Shown: positions 48,140 to 58,040 of the stretch, in pieces
Position numbering within the stretch: the stretch's first letter is position 1
Layout of the letters: the number at the start of each line of letters is the position of its first letter
Assembly (NCBI GenBank): GCA_043228905.1
Contig: JBHGNT010000012.1
Coordinates: forward strand, 7,998,001 to 8,062,000
Source: Azolla caroliniana
Lineage: Eukaryota > Plantae > Polypodiophyta
Direction: 5' to 3'
DNA length: 64,000 bases
The notes under the pieces: generated by a model
What the model was told of the DNA's origin: nothing
Seen by the model: the letters and a program-made list of their open reading frames with translations, nothing else
The model's database searches: none
Made by a program: the position numbers and the translations under genes

Positions 48140-51100
48140 CTTTTACAACTATGCTTTTTGAATTGCAATGGATACCTATGGAATGCGGGATTTGGCATAG
48201 GGGAGTTCATCGATGATTCGGATATCATACTTCTTTTTGAAACATGGGAGCATGGTACTCAAAGGATTCAAGGTTTAGGAAAGTATATTGTACACTCTTT
48301 GATATGGGAGAAAAATCCAAGACAAAGAAGAGGACAAGGAGAGGTGGCATGTTTGATTAAGAAGGAAATAGAGAAATATGTGTGAATCGTAAAAATTGAT
48401 GAACATAAATGCTACATATGCCTCAAAATAGAAACACCTAATGATTTGCCCACTTTTGTAGTTGGATGTTATATTCCTCATTAAGATTCTAACTTTTATG
48501 CTTGTTTGGATAAAGATCCACCTTTTGCCAATCTAGAAGATGATATTACTTATTTCAAATTCAAAGAGGAAGTTATTGTCTTTGGTGACATGAATGCTCG
48601 TACACGAAGTTTCCAACTTGGTTCACAAAAATCCTTCATGCCACATATCTCAAGGATGCAAGAGGATATGTAAATGTATAACCGCTCTTCTAGTGATGAA
48701 AAAGATCCAGACCAATTTGGGAAGTTACTCCTACAAATTTGCAATAGTATCAGATTTCTTATTACAAATGGTTTCCTTATGCCCCAACACTAATGGTTTT
48801 ACATGTAGAAAACACAATGGAAATAGTGTGATTGACAATTTGCTACTTTCCAAAGGTATTTTGGATCGTATACATACATTTTCACTTGGGGAATGGACAC
48901 CAGAATCTAATCATAGGGCTTTATGTATTGATCTCAAATGTATGCATAGGTTTGATTCTGAGAAGGCCATTGAAGATAGTAAACAACTGCACTTGAGCAT
49001 GAACCTTAAGCGAGCACCCATGTCTTCCAAGATGGTTGAGGATATATTACAAATGACAAAGATACAACTTGGTGCCACACTAGAATTCAAATGGGAAGCT
49101 TTTAAGAAAGTCACTCTCTCTTGTACAAACAAATGTTTTTCCGGCCAACCGCACATCTTGGAAATGCACCAAGAAATTTAGGAAAAAATGGTTTGATAAA
49201 GAATGCGGAAAGTGCCTTATGGTTTTGGATGTAGTTAAGGATAAAGAAAATTACCAAAAGCATTTGAATGAGTATAGAAGGCTTATTCAAAGAAAGAGAA
49301 GAATATGGGAAGTTACTCAACAATTTCTCCAAATGCAAGCGAAACCACATGCATGTGCTAAATTTTGGGGAAATGTAAAGGGGAAACGTGTTGAGAGTTA
49401 TGGTGACTTAACTCTTCATGACTTGTCTATGCATTGTAAGAATTTATATTACTTATCTCTTGCCAGAAAGATGATGTATTATGGCTCTCTTTCACATATG
49501 TCTCCCTTCTTTACAATTGAAGATATATGCATGGACTTAAGAAATTGGCCTTTCGAAAAGAATTTATATTAGTTATCTCTTGCTAGAAAGATGATGTATT
49601 ATGGCTCTCTTTCACATATGTCTCCCTTTTTTACAATTGAAGATATATGCATAGGACTTAAGAAATTGGCCTTTCGAAAGGCAAGCGATCTTCAATGTAT
49701 AAAGGCTAAAATGCTCAAATGGACGGGATAGGAAGCACATGTATGGATAAGCGATATGTTTAATGATGCATTGCAACATGGTATGACATATGATTGGACT
49801 ACAAATTGGATCAAACATTTACATAAATGTGGAGATGTAAATAATGTAAACAACTATAAAACCATCATCGTTGGCCCGTTAATGGAAAAACTATTTGGAT
49901 GTATAATGGAATCAAAGATAAGTGATGGGCTAAGAAAATGGTAAGAGAGCTTATGGACAATTTGTCTTTCGAAAACACCATAGCACCATTCATCATCTTG
50001 TCACCCTTCGAGTATTAATGGATGGAAGCCGCCTTAGAGGTAAAGGTTTATATTGTTGCTTTGTAGATTTCAAGAAAGCTTTCGATATGGTACCTCGTGA
50101 GCATCTATGGAGGCGAATGGAAGAACTTGAGGTGCCAAGTGAATATGTGCTTGCAATTTCCCGAATATATGATAAGGTTATATGTTGTGTGCGTATGAGA
50201 GATAGAACTTTAGATTTTTTCAATAGCACTATTGGTGTTAAGTAAGAATGCCCACTCTCACTAACATTATTTGGTCTATGCATTGATGAATTGGAAGAAA
50301 TGGTTACTAAGTTTGTAAAGGAAGAATGTGTTGAAGAACTTGCCATTGGGATGTTGTGATTATGCTTTTGTTATATGCAGATGATGTAGTGCATTTTGCA
50401 AATACTTTAGGAGATGCACAAAAGCTTATGAAGTCGTTGGAAATTTTTTGCATGCATACTAAATTAAGTGTCAATGCCTCCAAAACAAAGATTATGCTTG
50501 TGAAGAGCCAAAAAAGAGATAAACCATGCATTATGTACAACAATGAGCCACTTGAATGTGTGGAAAGCTTAAAATATCTTGGCCTTGAAGTTCCTTCAAA
50601 TCATAGATGGAATGAATGTGCTACACGCCGCTTAGAGGCGGGTAAGCGAGCATACTATGCATTTGAGAACACATGCAATCTTGGAGATATTAAGTGTTGG
50701 GTCCTCAAGAAATATCTTTTTGACACTTTGGTGACACCGGTTCTGGGGCGGTAGCATCCCTAAATCTATCTGGAAAGAGTTTAAAAATGTCCAGAAACAT
50801 TTTCTTACAAAGTTTCTACAAGTTAAGAAACAAACACCCTACACACTCCTCGTTGTGACGGGATCGTTTATCATTGAGATCATGGCCATGGAAAGTGTTG
50901 TTGAATACATGGTTAAGGTTCAAAAAAGTCCCTCACGTCAACTTCCTAGAAATCCATGGGAAGCAAGCAAAAAGATCCAAAAGATGCATAAAAGCAAAAT
51001 TTTGTGTTCTGGTAGGATGCTAGATATAGAAAAATGGTTTGGTAGATGGGATGCAAGACACTTGCTTCATGATGCATCACTAGATTCCTCTGTAAATGAG

Positions 51101-51570
51101 GCCTTTTAGCAATGCCAATGTATCATGGCATAGGACAAATGTGGAAGCTCACGCTTCACATATTATACTACAGATGTTGCACCTAACTACAAAACCATAT
51201 TCTGTGTGGATTAGGGAAGCCGTACACATTGATACGTGTTATAGCCCATCCCGATATCTAGCATTTGAACCATTGCTTCCATGCGACTTAGCTTACATGC
51301 ATCGCGATGTGAGACGGGGCATTGGGGCACAAGTGATGAGAGTGGCCGGCTATGCACACTTTACCCTAAGCAAGTTCGAGAGTCTGAGGATCACACTTTG
51401 ATACAATGCTCTGCCTTTGATAATATTCGGCCATGCTTTCCACATCTCTTCCACTGAGCCCAACCCTTGCATGAATTTCTCTCACAACCACGATGTGCAT
51501 CTTCAATTGCAACATTCATTGGTAAAGTTCTTGAACATTGAGACTCACTACTCACTTTCACACGTATCAT
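48140..51570 (+). pseudogene. LINE-B ORF2 (APE endonuclease + reverse transcriptase), disrupted
   Basis: ORF fragments 47930-48385, 48594-49181, 49756-49944, 50018-50245, 50356-50754 carry APE and RT motifs, separated by stops and frameshifts. Confidence 0.85.
49441..49680 (+). repeat. ~120-bp tandem duplication inside LINE-B ORF2
   Basis: aatttatatt..tatctcttgc..ggcctttcgaaa occurs at 49441 and again at 49561. Confidence 0.85.
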
Positions 51571-51658
51571 GTGAAATGTATTATTTTTGGTCTCATAGGT
51601 CATATTTGACCTTCGAAGACGATAATAGAATCTATCTATCTATCTATCTATCTATCTC

Positions 51659-51936
51659 TTAGCTTAAGCCTTATTTTATTTTATTTTTATTTTGAGTGAA
51701 TGGGTAAATAACCCATTTTTGTTGTAAACCAATTGTCGCATGGTCTAATTTTGGTTGTAGAAGACTTTAATTTATATTTCTTTCTCTTTCTCTTTGTCTC
51801 TCTCTCAGCTTAAGTCTTATTTTATTTAATTTTTTGATGAATGTGTAAATACCCCATTTTTTATGTAAACCAATTGTCTCATGGTCCAATTTTGGTCTTA
51901 CAAGACATTAATCTCTCTCTCTCTCTCTCTCTCTCT
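51659..51936 (+). mobile_element. Two tandem ~110-bp copies of the LINE-A 3' end, each with a (CT)n tail
   Basis: agcttaag..tgtaaaccaattgtc.catgg.c.aattttgg..aagac.ttaat matches 8761-8877. Confidence 0.8.
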
Positions 51937-53197
51937 ATGTCACCACGTCACCTCATCTATCAACAGTTGACTATCGTAGTGTCTCTTGCCAATTGCCTCC
52001 ATTTTGTCCATGCTTGTGTCACCAACATTCACTGCCACGTCACGTTGCCTATCAACCATCGATTGTCGTTGCGTCGCCTACCGACTGTCGTCATGTCAAA
52101 CGTTGACTGCTGCCACATCACGTTGACCACCGTTTACGACTGTTGCCACACTACCTATGATGCCATCTTCGTTTGTTGTGATATTGTGGATGCCATTGTT
52201 GTTGTGTGACCATAGTTGTTGCTAGTTGTAGGTCCTCCCCTACCTATGTGCATATGTGGGTTGCTCAACAGAGTGCGTTCCCGTGGCGTGTAAGCTTGTA
52301 CTTGGCGCGTGAGATCTCTCTTTGATGGGTTTAGTTTGCAAGCTCACATAGTGAATGAGACATCCACCAATGCTTGACTAAGTTTTTTTCTTTTATCTTT
52401 TAAATTCCACAATGGCTTTTAAATAAATAAAGAGCATAAGTAGATACACAAAGAAACTATAAGTAAAGAAGATTTCTTTGATGTCTTTAATTATTTAATA
52501 AAAATAGAGAGTGACATGAAAAAATGTGCGAAAGAAACCAAATCTCAAAAGGAAAAAGATAGGGAGAAAAAAGACACACTTATGACCGAAATGGAGAAAC
52601 TCAAAATAGAAAGCATCAACCTTAAGAAAGAACTTAATGACCTCGAGATGTCATGAAGACATACATCTTGGCTTATCATGACATTCATCTTGGCGAACCA
52701 GGAATCGAACCCATAACCTCTTGGTTTACATATTGTACTTTAACCATTGTAATAACATATGTGAGATGTAATTATAATAATTATATGTTTAGTTATTACG
52801 AGATATTTAGAACATTCTAGATTATTCTAGAATGTTCTTGAATATTTCATGATTATATTTATTATTATTATTATTCATAAATATCTAAAATATTCTAGAA
52901 CATTCTAGAATACTCCATAAGGGCCTATAAATAAGAGTCCATACACTCATCACAACTCATTCGGTTCAACACCAGTCTTTAGCCCTTAGCCTACTCCTTG
53001 TAATCTTCTTTCTCATAATATAATCGCATTCCCATTTCTTATCTCTCACTTATACTTTTCTCTCTCTCGCACTCTCTCCCTCTTTCACTCTCTTTCTATC
53101 ACTATCGCTATCTCTACCGCTCTCGCCATCTCTATCGTTATCGTTATCTCTATCGCCATCGCTCTCTCTCTGCTTCCTACTCAAGAGTCACGACAGT

Positions 53198-53208
53198 TTG
53201 AACCGAAT
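53198..53208 (+). promoter_or_regulatory. Self-priming PBS complementary to LTR 52959-52969
   Basis: ttgaaccgaat is the reverse complement of attcggttcaa, which starts 33 nt downstream of the start of the TATA box tataaata (52926). Confidence 0.85.
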
Positions 53209-53280
53209 ATTTCTTTTCCCTTTCTCCAATAACCCTAGCAAGCTTTCTTCTTTATCCTTCTTTCTTTTTCCCCCGCGGTT

Positions 53281-54408
53281 ATGGAGTCGGTCAGCAAGCA
53301 AGAGTATATGCGTGTCCTTTCGGAGCTCGATATGCTCACCACTAAGTTTGTGGCATTAGAGCAAGAAAATCAAAGGCTACTCGGGGATCTTCAACAAGTC
53401 AGTACTGAGAAAGCTCATCAATATGAGGAGTTATCACAACGGGTTCATCAACTTGAGGCTACTATATTAGCATTACGAGAACAAGCGGCGGGGGTTCAAA
53501 ACTCCCCAAGGGAACCAAAGATTAGCCTCCCTGCCAAGTTTGATGGTACCAGATCTCTCTTTCGAGGTTTCCTGAATCAAGTTCGTTTGGTGATTCAGTT
53601 ACATCCCAATCGGTATCCAACTGATGCTGCCCGTGTGGGATTAATAGGAACCTTGCTAAGCGGTACAGCGTTAGCATGGTTTGCACCACTTCTTGAGAAG
53701 AAATCACCATTACTGGAGGATTTCGAGGCATTCGTTAAGGAGTTTCAAGCTAGTTTTGGAGATACGGATAGCACTAGGACTGCAATAAACAAGATTCGAA
53801 GACTCCGACAAGGAGATCGTCCCGCTTCAGCTTATGCCGCAGATTTCCGTCTCTTGGCATGCGACATCCCTTGGGATGAGGCAGCCTTAATGGATCAATT
53901 CCGTCAGGGTTTGCGTAACGATGTCAAAGATCTTCTTCTTACTTTCCATGAAGATCCAAAGTCTCTTACTGAAGCTATTAGCCGAGCTGTGCGATGTGAT
54001 AATCGCCTATTTGAGCGACGTTCTGAACGTCAACAAATGTTACGACGCCAACCGGAACAGACATACGCTTCTATAGTCGCCACACCGCCACAAGGTTCTA
54101 GACCCGTTACGAGGGATGGTCCCACTCCGATGGAAATAGAGTCGACACAACGTCGTGGGCCCTTATCAGATGCTGAGAAACAACGACGTCGGGCGCATCG
54201 CCTATGCCTCTACTGTGGTGGTCCAGGACATATAGCTGTGAATTGTCCACATAAACCCAGGCGTCAAGTTTACCAAGTAAGTGCACATGACAACCCTACA
54301 TCAAGTTCTACTATCACTTCTAATAACTTAAGTACTAAGCCTACTAGCCCATGCCATGAGAATAGATTTGATGTCTTGAGCCAATTAGAGGATGTGTTAA
54401 ACGAATAA
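53281..54408 (+). CDS. Chromovirus Gag (375 aa)
   Basis: Coiled-coil, PAKFDG..F..Q, ALAWF, LRQG..Y..DF, and CLYCGGPGHIAVNC knuckle (sushi/Tcn1/PEG10-type). Confidence 0.93.
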   Translation: MESVSKQEYMRVLSELDMLTTKFVALEQENQRLLGDLQQVSTEKAHQYEELSQRVHQLEATILALREQAAGVQNSPREPKISLPAKFDGTRSLFRGFLNQVRLVIQLHPNRYPTDAARVGLIGTLLSGTALAWFAPLLEKKSPLLEDFEAFVKEFQASFGDTDSTRTAINKIRRLRQGDRPASAYAADFRLLACDIPWDEAALMDQFRQGLRNDVKDLLLTFHEDPKSLTEAISRAVRCDNRLFERRSERQQMLRRQPEQTYASIVATPPQGSRPVTRDGPTPMEIESTQRRGPLSDAEKQRRRAHRLCLYCGGPGHIAVNCPHKPRRQVYQVSAHDNPTSSSTITSNNLSTKPTSPCHENRFDVLSQLEDVLNE

Positions 54409-57400
54409 GTCCGGCCAAAATAGGAGCCATTTGGTTGGACCATCCTAGTTATGTAGAGTCAGTACCTAGTTGTGGTTCCATTTCATCAAATCAAGTTAGT
54501 AGAGTTTTTTCTGCACAAGTCGAGCTTAGCACATCTACAGGTCATCGCGCCCTAGCCTCTGCCCTCCTAGATTCCGGAGCCAATTCTTGTTTCATGGATC
54601 GCGAGTTTGCATTGACTCAAAACATCATCTTGAAAAAACTCCCAAACCCAGTAGTTGTAGGAGTCATCGATGGTCGCCCTATAGCATCAGGAGATATAGT
54701 CGAAGAGTCTGAACCAATTCGTGTAGTCCTAGGTAATTTGGCTAGTGTCATCTCATTTAACATCATTAGTAGTCCGGAGCACTCTCTAGTTCTTGGTCTT
54801 CCTTGGTTTGAGTTACATAACCCAACCATTGATTGGAGAAAAAGAACTATTGAAGAGGTCACCGTACAATCCAAGTCTCTTGAAGCTCCAACTAAGGATC
54901 TAGGATCCCCCACAATTTCAACAATCTCTATACATCAATTACGAGAGGATGGAAGAAAGGAAGACATGATGGTATTTGCGGTTTTAGCAACTCCCTCATC
55001 TAGCTCACAAGAATTGGGGGTCCAACTACCAAAGAAGTACATAGAATTCTCCGATGTGTTCGATAAGGTGAAGGCTAATAGACTACCAGAGCATCGACCA
55101 TATGATTGCCCAATTGATTTGCAGCCAGGAAAAGAGCCTCCATGGGGACCAATTTATAATCTTTCGCCCACGGAGTTAGAGGTTCTTCGAGAATATATCA
55201 ATGAGAACTTGGCAAATGGTTTTATCCAACATTCAAAATCTCCTGCTGGTGCACCCATCTTTTTCGTTAAGAAGAAAGATGGTACGCTTCGTATGGTCGT
55301 GGATTATCAAGGCTTGAATAAAGTGACCGTTAGAAACCGATATGCTCTCCCATTGATCTCAAGCCTTCTAGAACGCCTCAGTGAAGCAAAGTATTTCACG
55401 AAGTTAGATCTTCGAGGTGCCTACAACCTTGTTCGAATTCGTCCTGGGGATGAATGGAAGACGGCGTTCCGCACTCGCTATGGTCATTTTGAGTACACAG
55501 TGATGCCTTTTGGCCTCACGAATGCACCAGCAGTCTTCCAACATATGGCGAATGATATTTTTCGAGACTTCCTCGATATCTTCATCATTGTTTACCTGGA
55601 TGATATCTTGATCTACTCAAAAACTCAAGAAGAACATGATATACATGTTCGCCAAGTTTTGCAACGGCTACGAGAGTATGGTCTCTATGCAAAATTGGAG
55701 AAGTGTAGTTTCGACCAACGTCAAGTGGAGTTTTTGGGGTACATAGTCTCTTCAAATGGCATCTCTATGGATCCATCAAAGGTTCAAACAATTTTGGATT
55801 GGCAAACACCACAGTCCGTGCGAGATGTGCAATGTTTTTTGGGGTTCGCAAACTTTTATCGCAAGTTCATCAAAGATTATTCAAAAATTGTGTTGCCCCT
55901 CACTCAACTGACGCACAAGAATCGATCATTTGTATGGAGTATAGATGCGAACTCTGCATTTGAGGGTTTAAAGCAAGCATTTACATCCGCACCAATCTTA
56001 ATCCATGTCGATCCAATGAGGCGCTTTATACTTGAAGCTGATGCATCGGATTTCGCACTCGGAAGTGTACTATCCCAAATTGGTGATGATGGTGAACTGC
56101 ACCCGGTGGCTTTTCACTCACGAAAATTTGAAGCCGCAGAAATCAACTATGAGATTCACGACAAAGAGCTTCTTGCCATTGTGGATTCTTTTCAACAATG
56201 GCGTCATTTTCTGGAGGGTTCTTCTCAGCAGATTATTGTCTACAATGATCATAAAAATCTAACATACTTTCAAAGTGCTCGAGTCTTGAATCGACGACAA
56301 GCTCGTTGGGCGCAGTTCTTAACTCGTTTCGATTTTGTAATTCTATATCGCCCTGGGATGCAACAAGGAAAAGCAGATGCTTTATCTAGACGTTCGTATA
56401 TGGAACTTCAACCTGGAGAGGCCGCATTTGAAAGCCAAAAGCAAATCCTCTTAGGTCCTGATCGTCTACGAATAATGGCAATGCATACCATCAACACACC
56501 GGGAGATTCAAGGCTTCTTGATTCCATTCGTGAGCAGATTGCGACTGATGCGTTCGCCCAAGAGGTTTTGAGCCATATTATCCCAAATCGTGCATCTAGC
56601 TCCCAAACTCAAAATCCTCGTCTAGACTACACCCAGTTTAGTTGGCATGATGGGTTACTTTTTCGACAAACTCTCTTGTATGTGCCTGACGGTCCTTCTC
56701 GACTCAAAGTCATGCAACAATGTCATGACACACCAATGGCGGGACACTTCGGCATCCACAAGACTTTTGAGTTGATTTCTCGCCGATATTGGTGGCCACG
56801 GCTTCGCCATTTTGTTACGGATTATGTTCGTAGCTGTGATACATGTTGCCGATCAAAAAAGCCTCGACATCATCCATATGGCTTATTACAGCCAATGCCT
56901 ATTCCGGAGAGCCCATGGAAATCTATTTCCTTGGACTTTATTACGGATCTTCCACCTTCCAAGGGATTTGATTCGATTCTCACGGTTGTCGATCGTTTTA
57001 CGAAGATGGCACATTTCCTTCCATGCACAAAGACCATTACTAGTCAAGAGACAGCTGATTTACTCATGCGGGAGGTGTTTCGCCATCATGGTCTTCCGGA
57101 TGATATTATCAGTGATCGGGGTCCCCAATTCATCTCGAAATTTTGGCGGCACATGTTCAGACTCTTACATACTTCTTGTAAACTCTCTTCCGGCTACCAT
57201 CTAGAGACTAATGGGCAGAGTGAGCGCACCAACCAAACAGTCGAGCAATATCTACGTTGTTTTGTCAACTATCAACAAGATGATTGGGTGGATTTACTAC
57301 CTTTGGCAGAATTTGCTTATAACAACTCCGAGCATTCTTCTACTGGATATTCCCCATTTTTTGCAAACATTGGGTACCATCCTCGTTGGACGATGCTTGA

Positions 57401-58040
57401 ACATCCTGAACTCCCAAAAAACCCAGCTGTTGAAGATCGGCTCACTCGACTCCAAGAAGTTCAGGATATGCTTTTGCATCATTTATGTGAAGCCCAAAAC
57501 ACTCAAAAGAAGATTGCTGACCGTCATCGGCGTGATTCATCGACTACATTTCAAGTAGGCGATCGTGTATGGCTCTTACAAGGTAGCATTAAAACGACCC
57601 GACCTTGCTACAAATTGGATTATCAACGTTTTGGCCCATATGTCATAAGTGGTAAGATCAATGATGTGACATTTCGACTTGATCTTCCTCCTCATATGCG
57701 TCTTCACCCGGTCTTCCATGTTTCACTTTTGGAGCCTTACACAACGAGCTCTATTCCGGGTCGTGTTACACCTCCCCCACCTCCAATTGACGTTTCCAAT
57801 GGCTCTGAATATGAGGTTGCCGCTATCCTCGACTCCAAGATCATTTGCAACAAACTATACTACTTGGTTGATTGGTTAGGCTATACACCTAATGATCGAA
57901 CATGGGAGCCTGCCGAACATCTTGCCAATGCCTCCGACATGGTTGTTGCATTTCACAACCAATATCCTCATAAACCAAGTCTGAACTCTTTTCTTCCGAC
58001 TCGTGCAACTCGTCATCGAAAAGGGGGGATAATGTCATGA
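54372..58040 (+). CDS. Chromovirus Pol (PR-RT-RNase H-INT-chromodomain) in the -1 frame relative to gag
   Basis: LLDSGA, KLDLRGAY, YLDD, EADASD, HDTPMAGH..CDTCC, SLDFIT, SDRG, GPY, and EYEVAAILDS..YLVDWLGY..TWEP. The frame is open from 54372 and overlaps the gag stop. Confidence 0.93.
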   Translation, partial: CLEPIRGCVKRISPAKIGAIWLDHPSYVESVPSCGSISSNQVSRVFSAQVELSTSTGHRALASALLDSGANSCFMDREFALTQNIILKKLPNPVVVGVIDGRPIASGDIVEESEPIRVVLGNLASVISFNIISSPEHSLVLGLPWFELHNPTIDWRKRTIEEVTVQSKSLEAPTKDLGSPTISTISIHQLREDGRKEDMMVFAVLATPSSSSQELGVQLPKKYIEFSDVFDKVKANRLPEHRPYDCPIDLQPGKEPPWGPIYNLSPTELEVLREYINENLANGFIQHSKSPAGAPIFFVKKKDGTLRMVVDYQGLNKVTVRNRYALPLISSLLERLSEAKYFTKLDLRGAYNLVRIRPGDEWKTAFRTRYGHFEYTVMPFGLTNAPAVFQHMANDIFRDFLDIFIIVYLDDILIYSKTQEEHDIHVRQVLQRLREYGLYAKLEKCSFDQRQVEFLGYIVSSNGISMDPSKVQTILDWQTPQSVRDVQCFLGFANFYRKFIKDYSKIVLPLTQLTHKNRSFVWSIDANSAFEGLKQAFTSAPILIHVDPMRRFILEADASDFALGSVLSQIGDDGELHPVAFHSRKFEAAEINYEIHDKELLAIVDSFQQWRHFLEGSSQQIIVYNDHKNLTYFQSARVLNRRQARWAQFLTRFDFVILYRPGMQQGKADALSRRSYMELQPGEAAFESQKQILLGPDRLRIMAMHTINTPGDSRLLDSIREQIATDAFAQEVLSHIIPNRASSSQTQNPRLDYTQFSWHDGLLFRQTLLYVPDGPSRLKVMQQCHDTPMAGHFGIHKTFELISRRYWWPRLRHFVTDYVRSCDTCCRSKKPRHHPYGLLQPMPIPESPWKSISLDFITDLPPSKGFDSILTVVDRFTKMAHFLPCTKTITSQETADLLMREVFRHHGLPDDIISDRGPQFISKFWRHMFRLLHTSCKLSSGYHLETNGQSERTNQTVEQYLRCFVNYQQDDWVDLLPLAEFAYNNSEHSSTGYSPFFANIGYHPRWTMLEHPELPKNPAVEDRLTRLQEVQDMLLHHLCEAQNTQKKIADRHRRDSSTTFQVGDRVWLLQGSIKTTRPCYKLDYQRFGPYVISGKINDVTFRLDLPPHMRLHPVFHVSLLEPYTTSSIPGRVTPPPPPIDVSNGSEYEVAAILDSKIICNKLYYLVDWLGYTPNDRTWEPAEHLANASDMVVAFHNQYPHKPSLNSFLPTRATRHRKGGIMS
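54396..54440 (+). promoter_or_regulatory. Putative -1 ribosomal frameshift signal
   Basis: G TTA AAC in the gag frame, a 6-nt spacer, then an 11-bp stem gtccggccaaa/tttggttggac. Confidence 0.72.

Larger units (their letters stand above)
8902..51658 (+). mobile_element. LINE-B: near full-length degenerate APE-type LINE, split by Copia A (9082-46174) and a solo LTR (46538-47964)
   Basis: Coiled-coil ORF1 start at 8902-9081 resumes at 46175 (SKNIFIRGIKDE..AHRV..RPIVCTM) and 47965 (IILENSWVYLKGTQCFVSEDCT). ORF2 follows with APE (FLNCNG, ILLFETW, GDMNART, SVIDN..SNHRAL) and RT (CFVDFKKAFDMV, LLYADD, KYLG). Ends in hairpin ggtcatatttgacc and a (TCTA)n tail. Confidence 0.78.
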
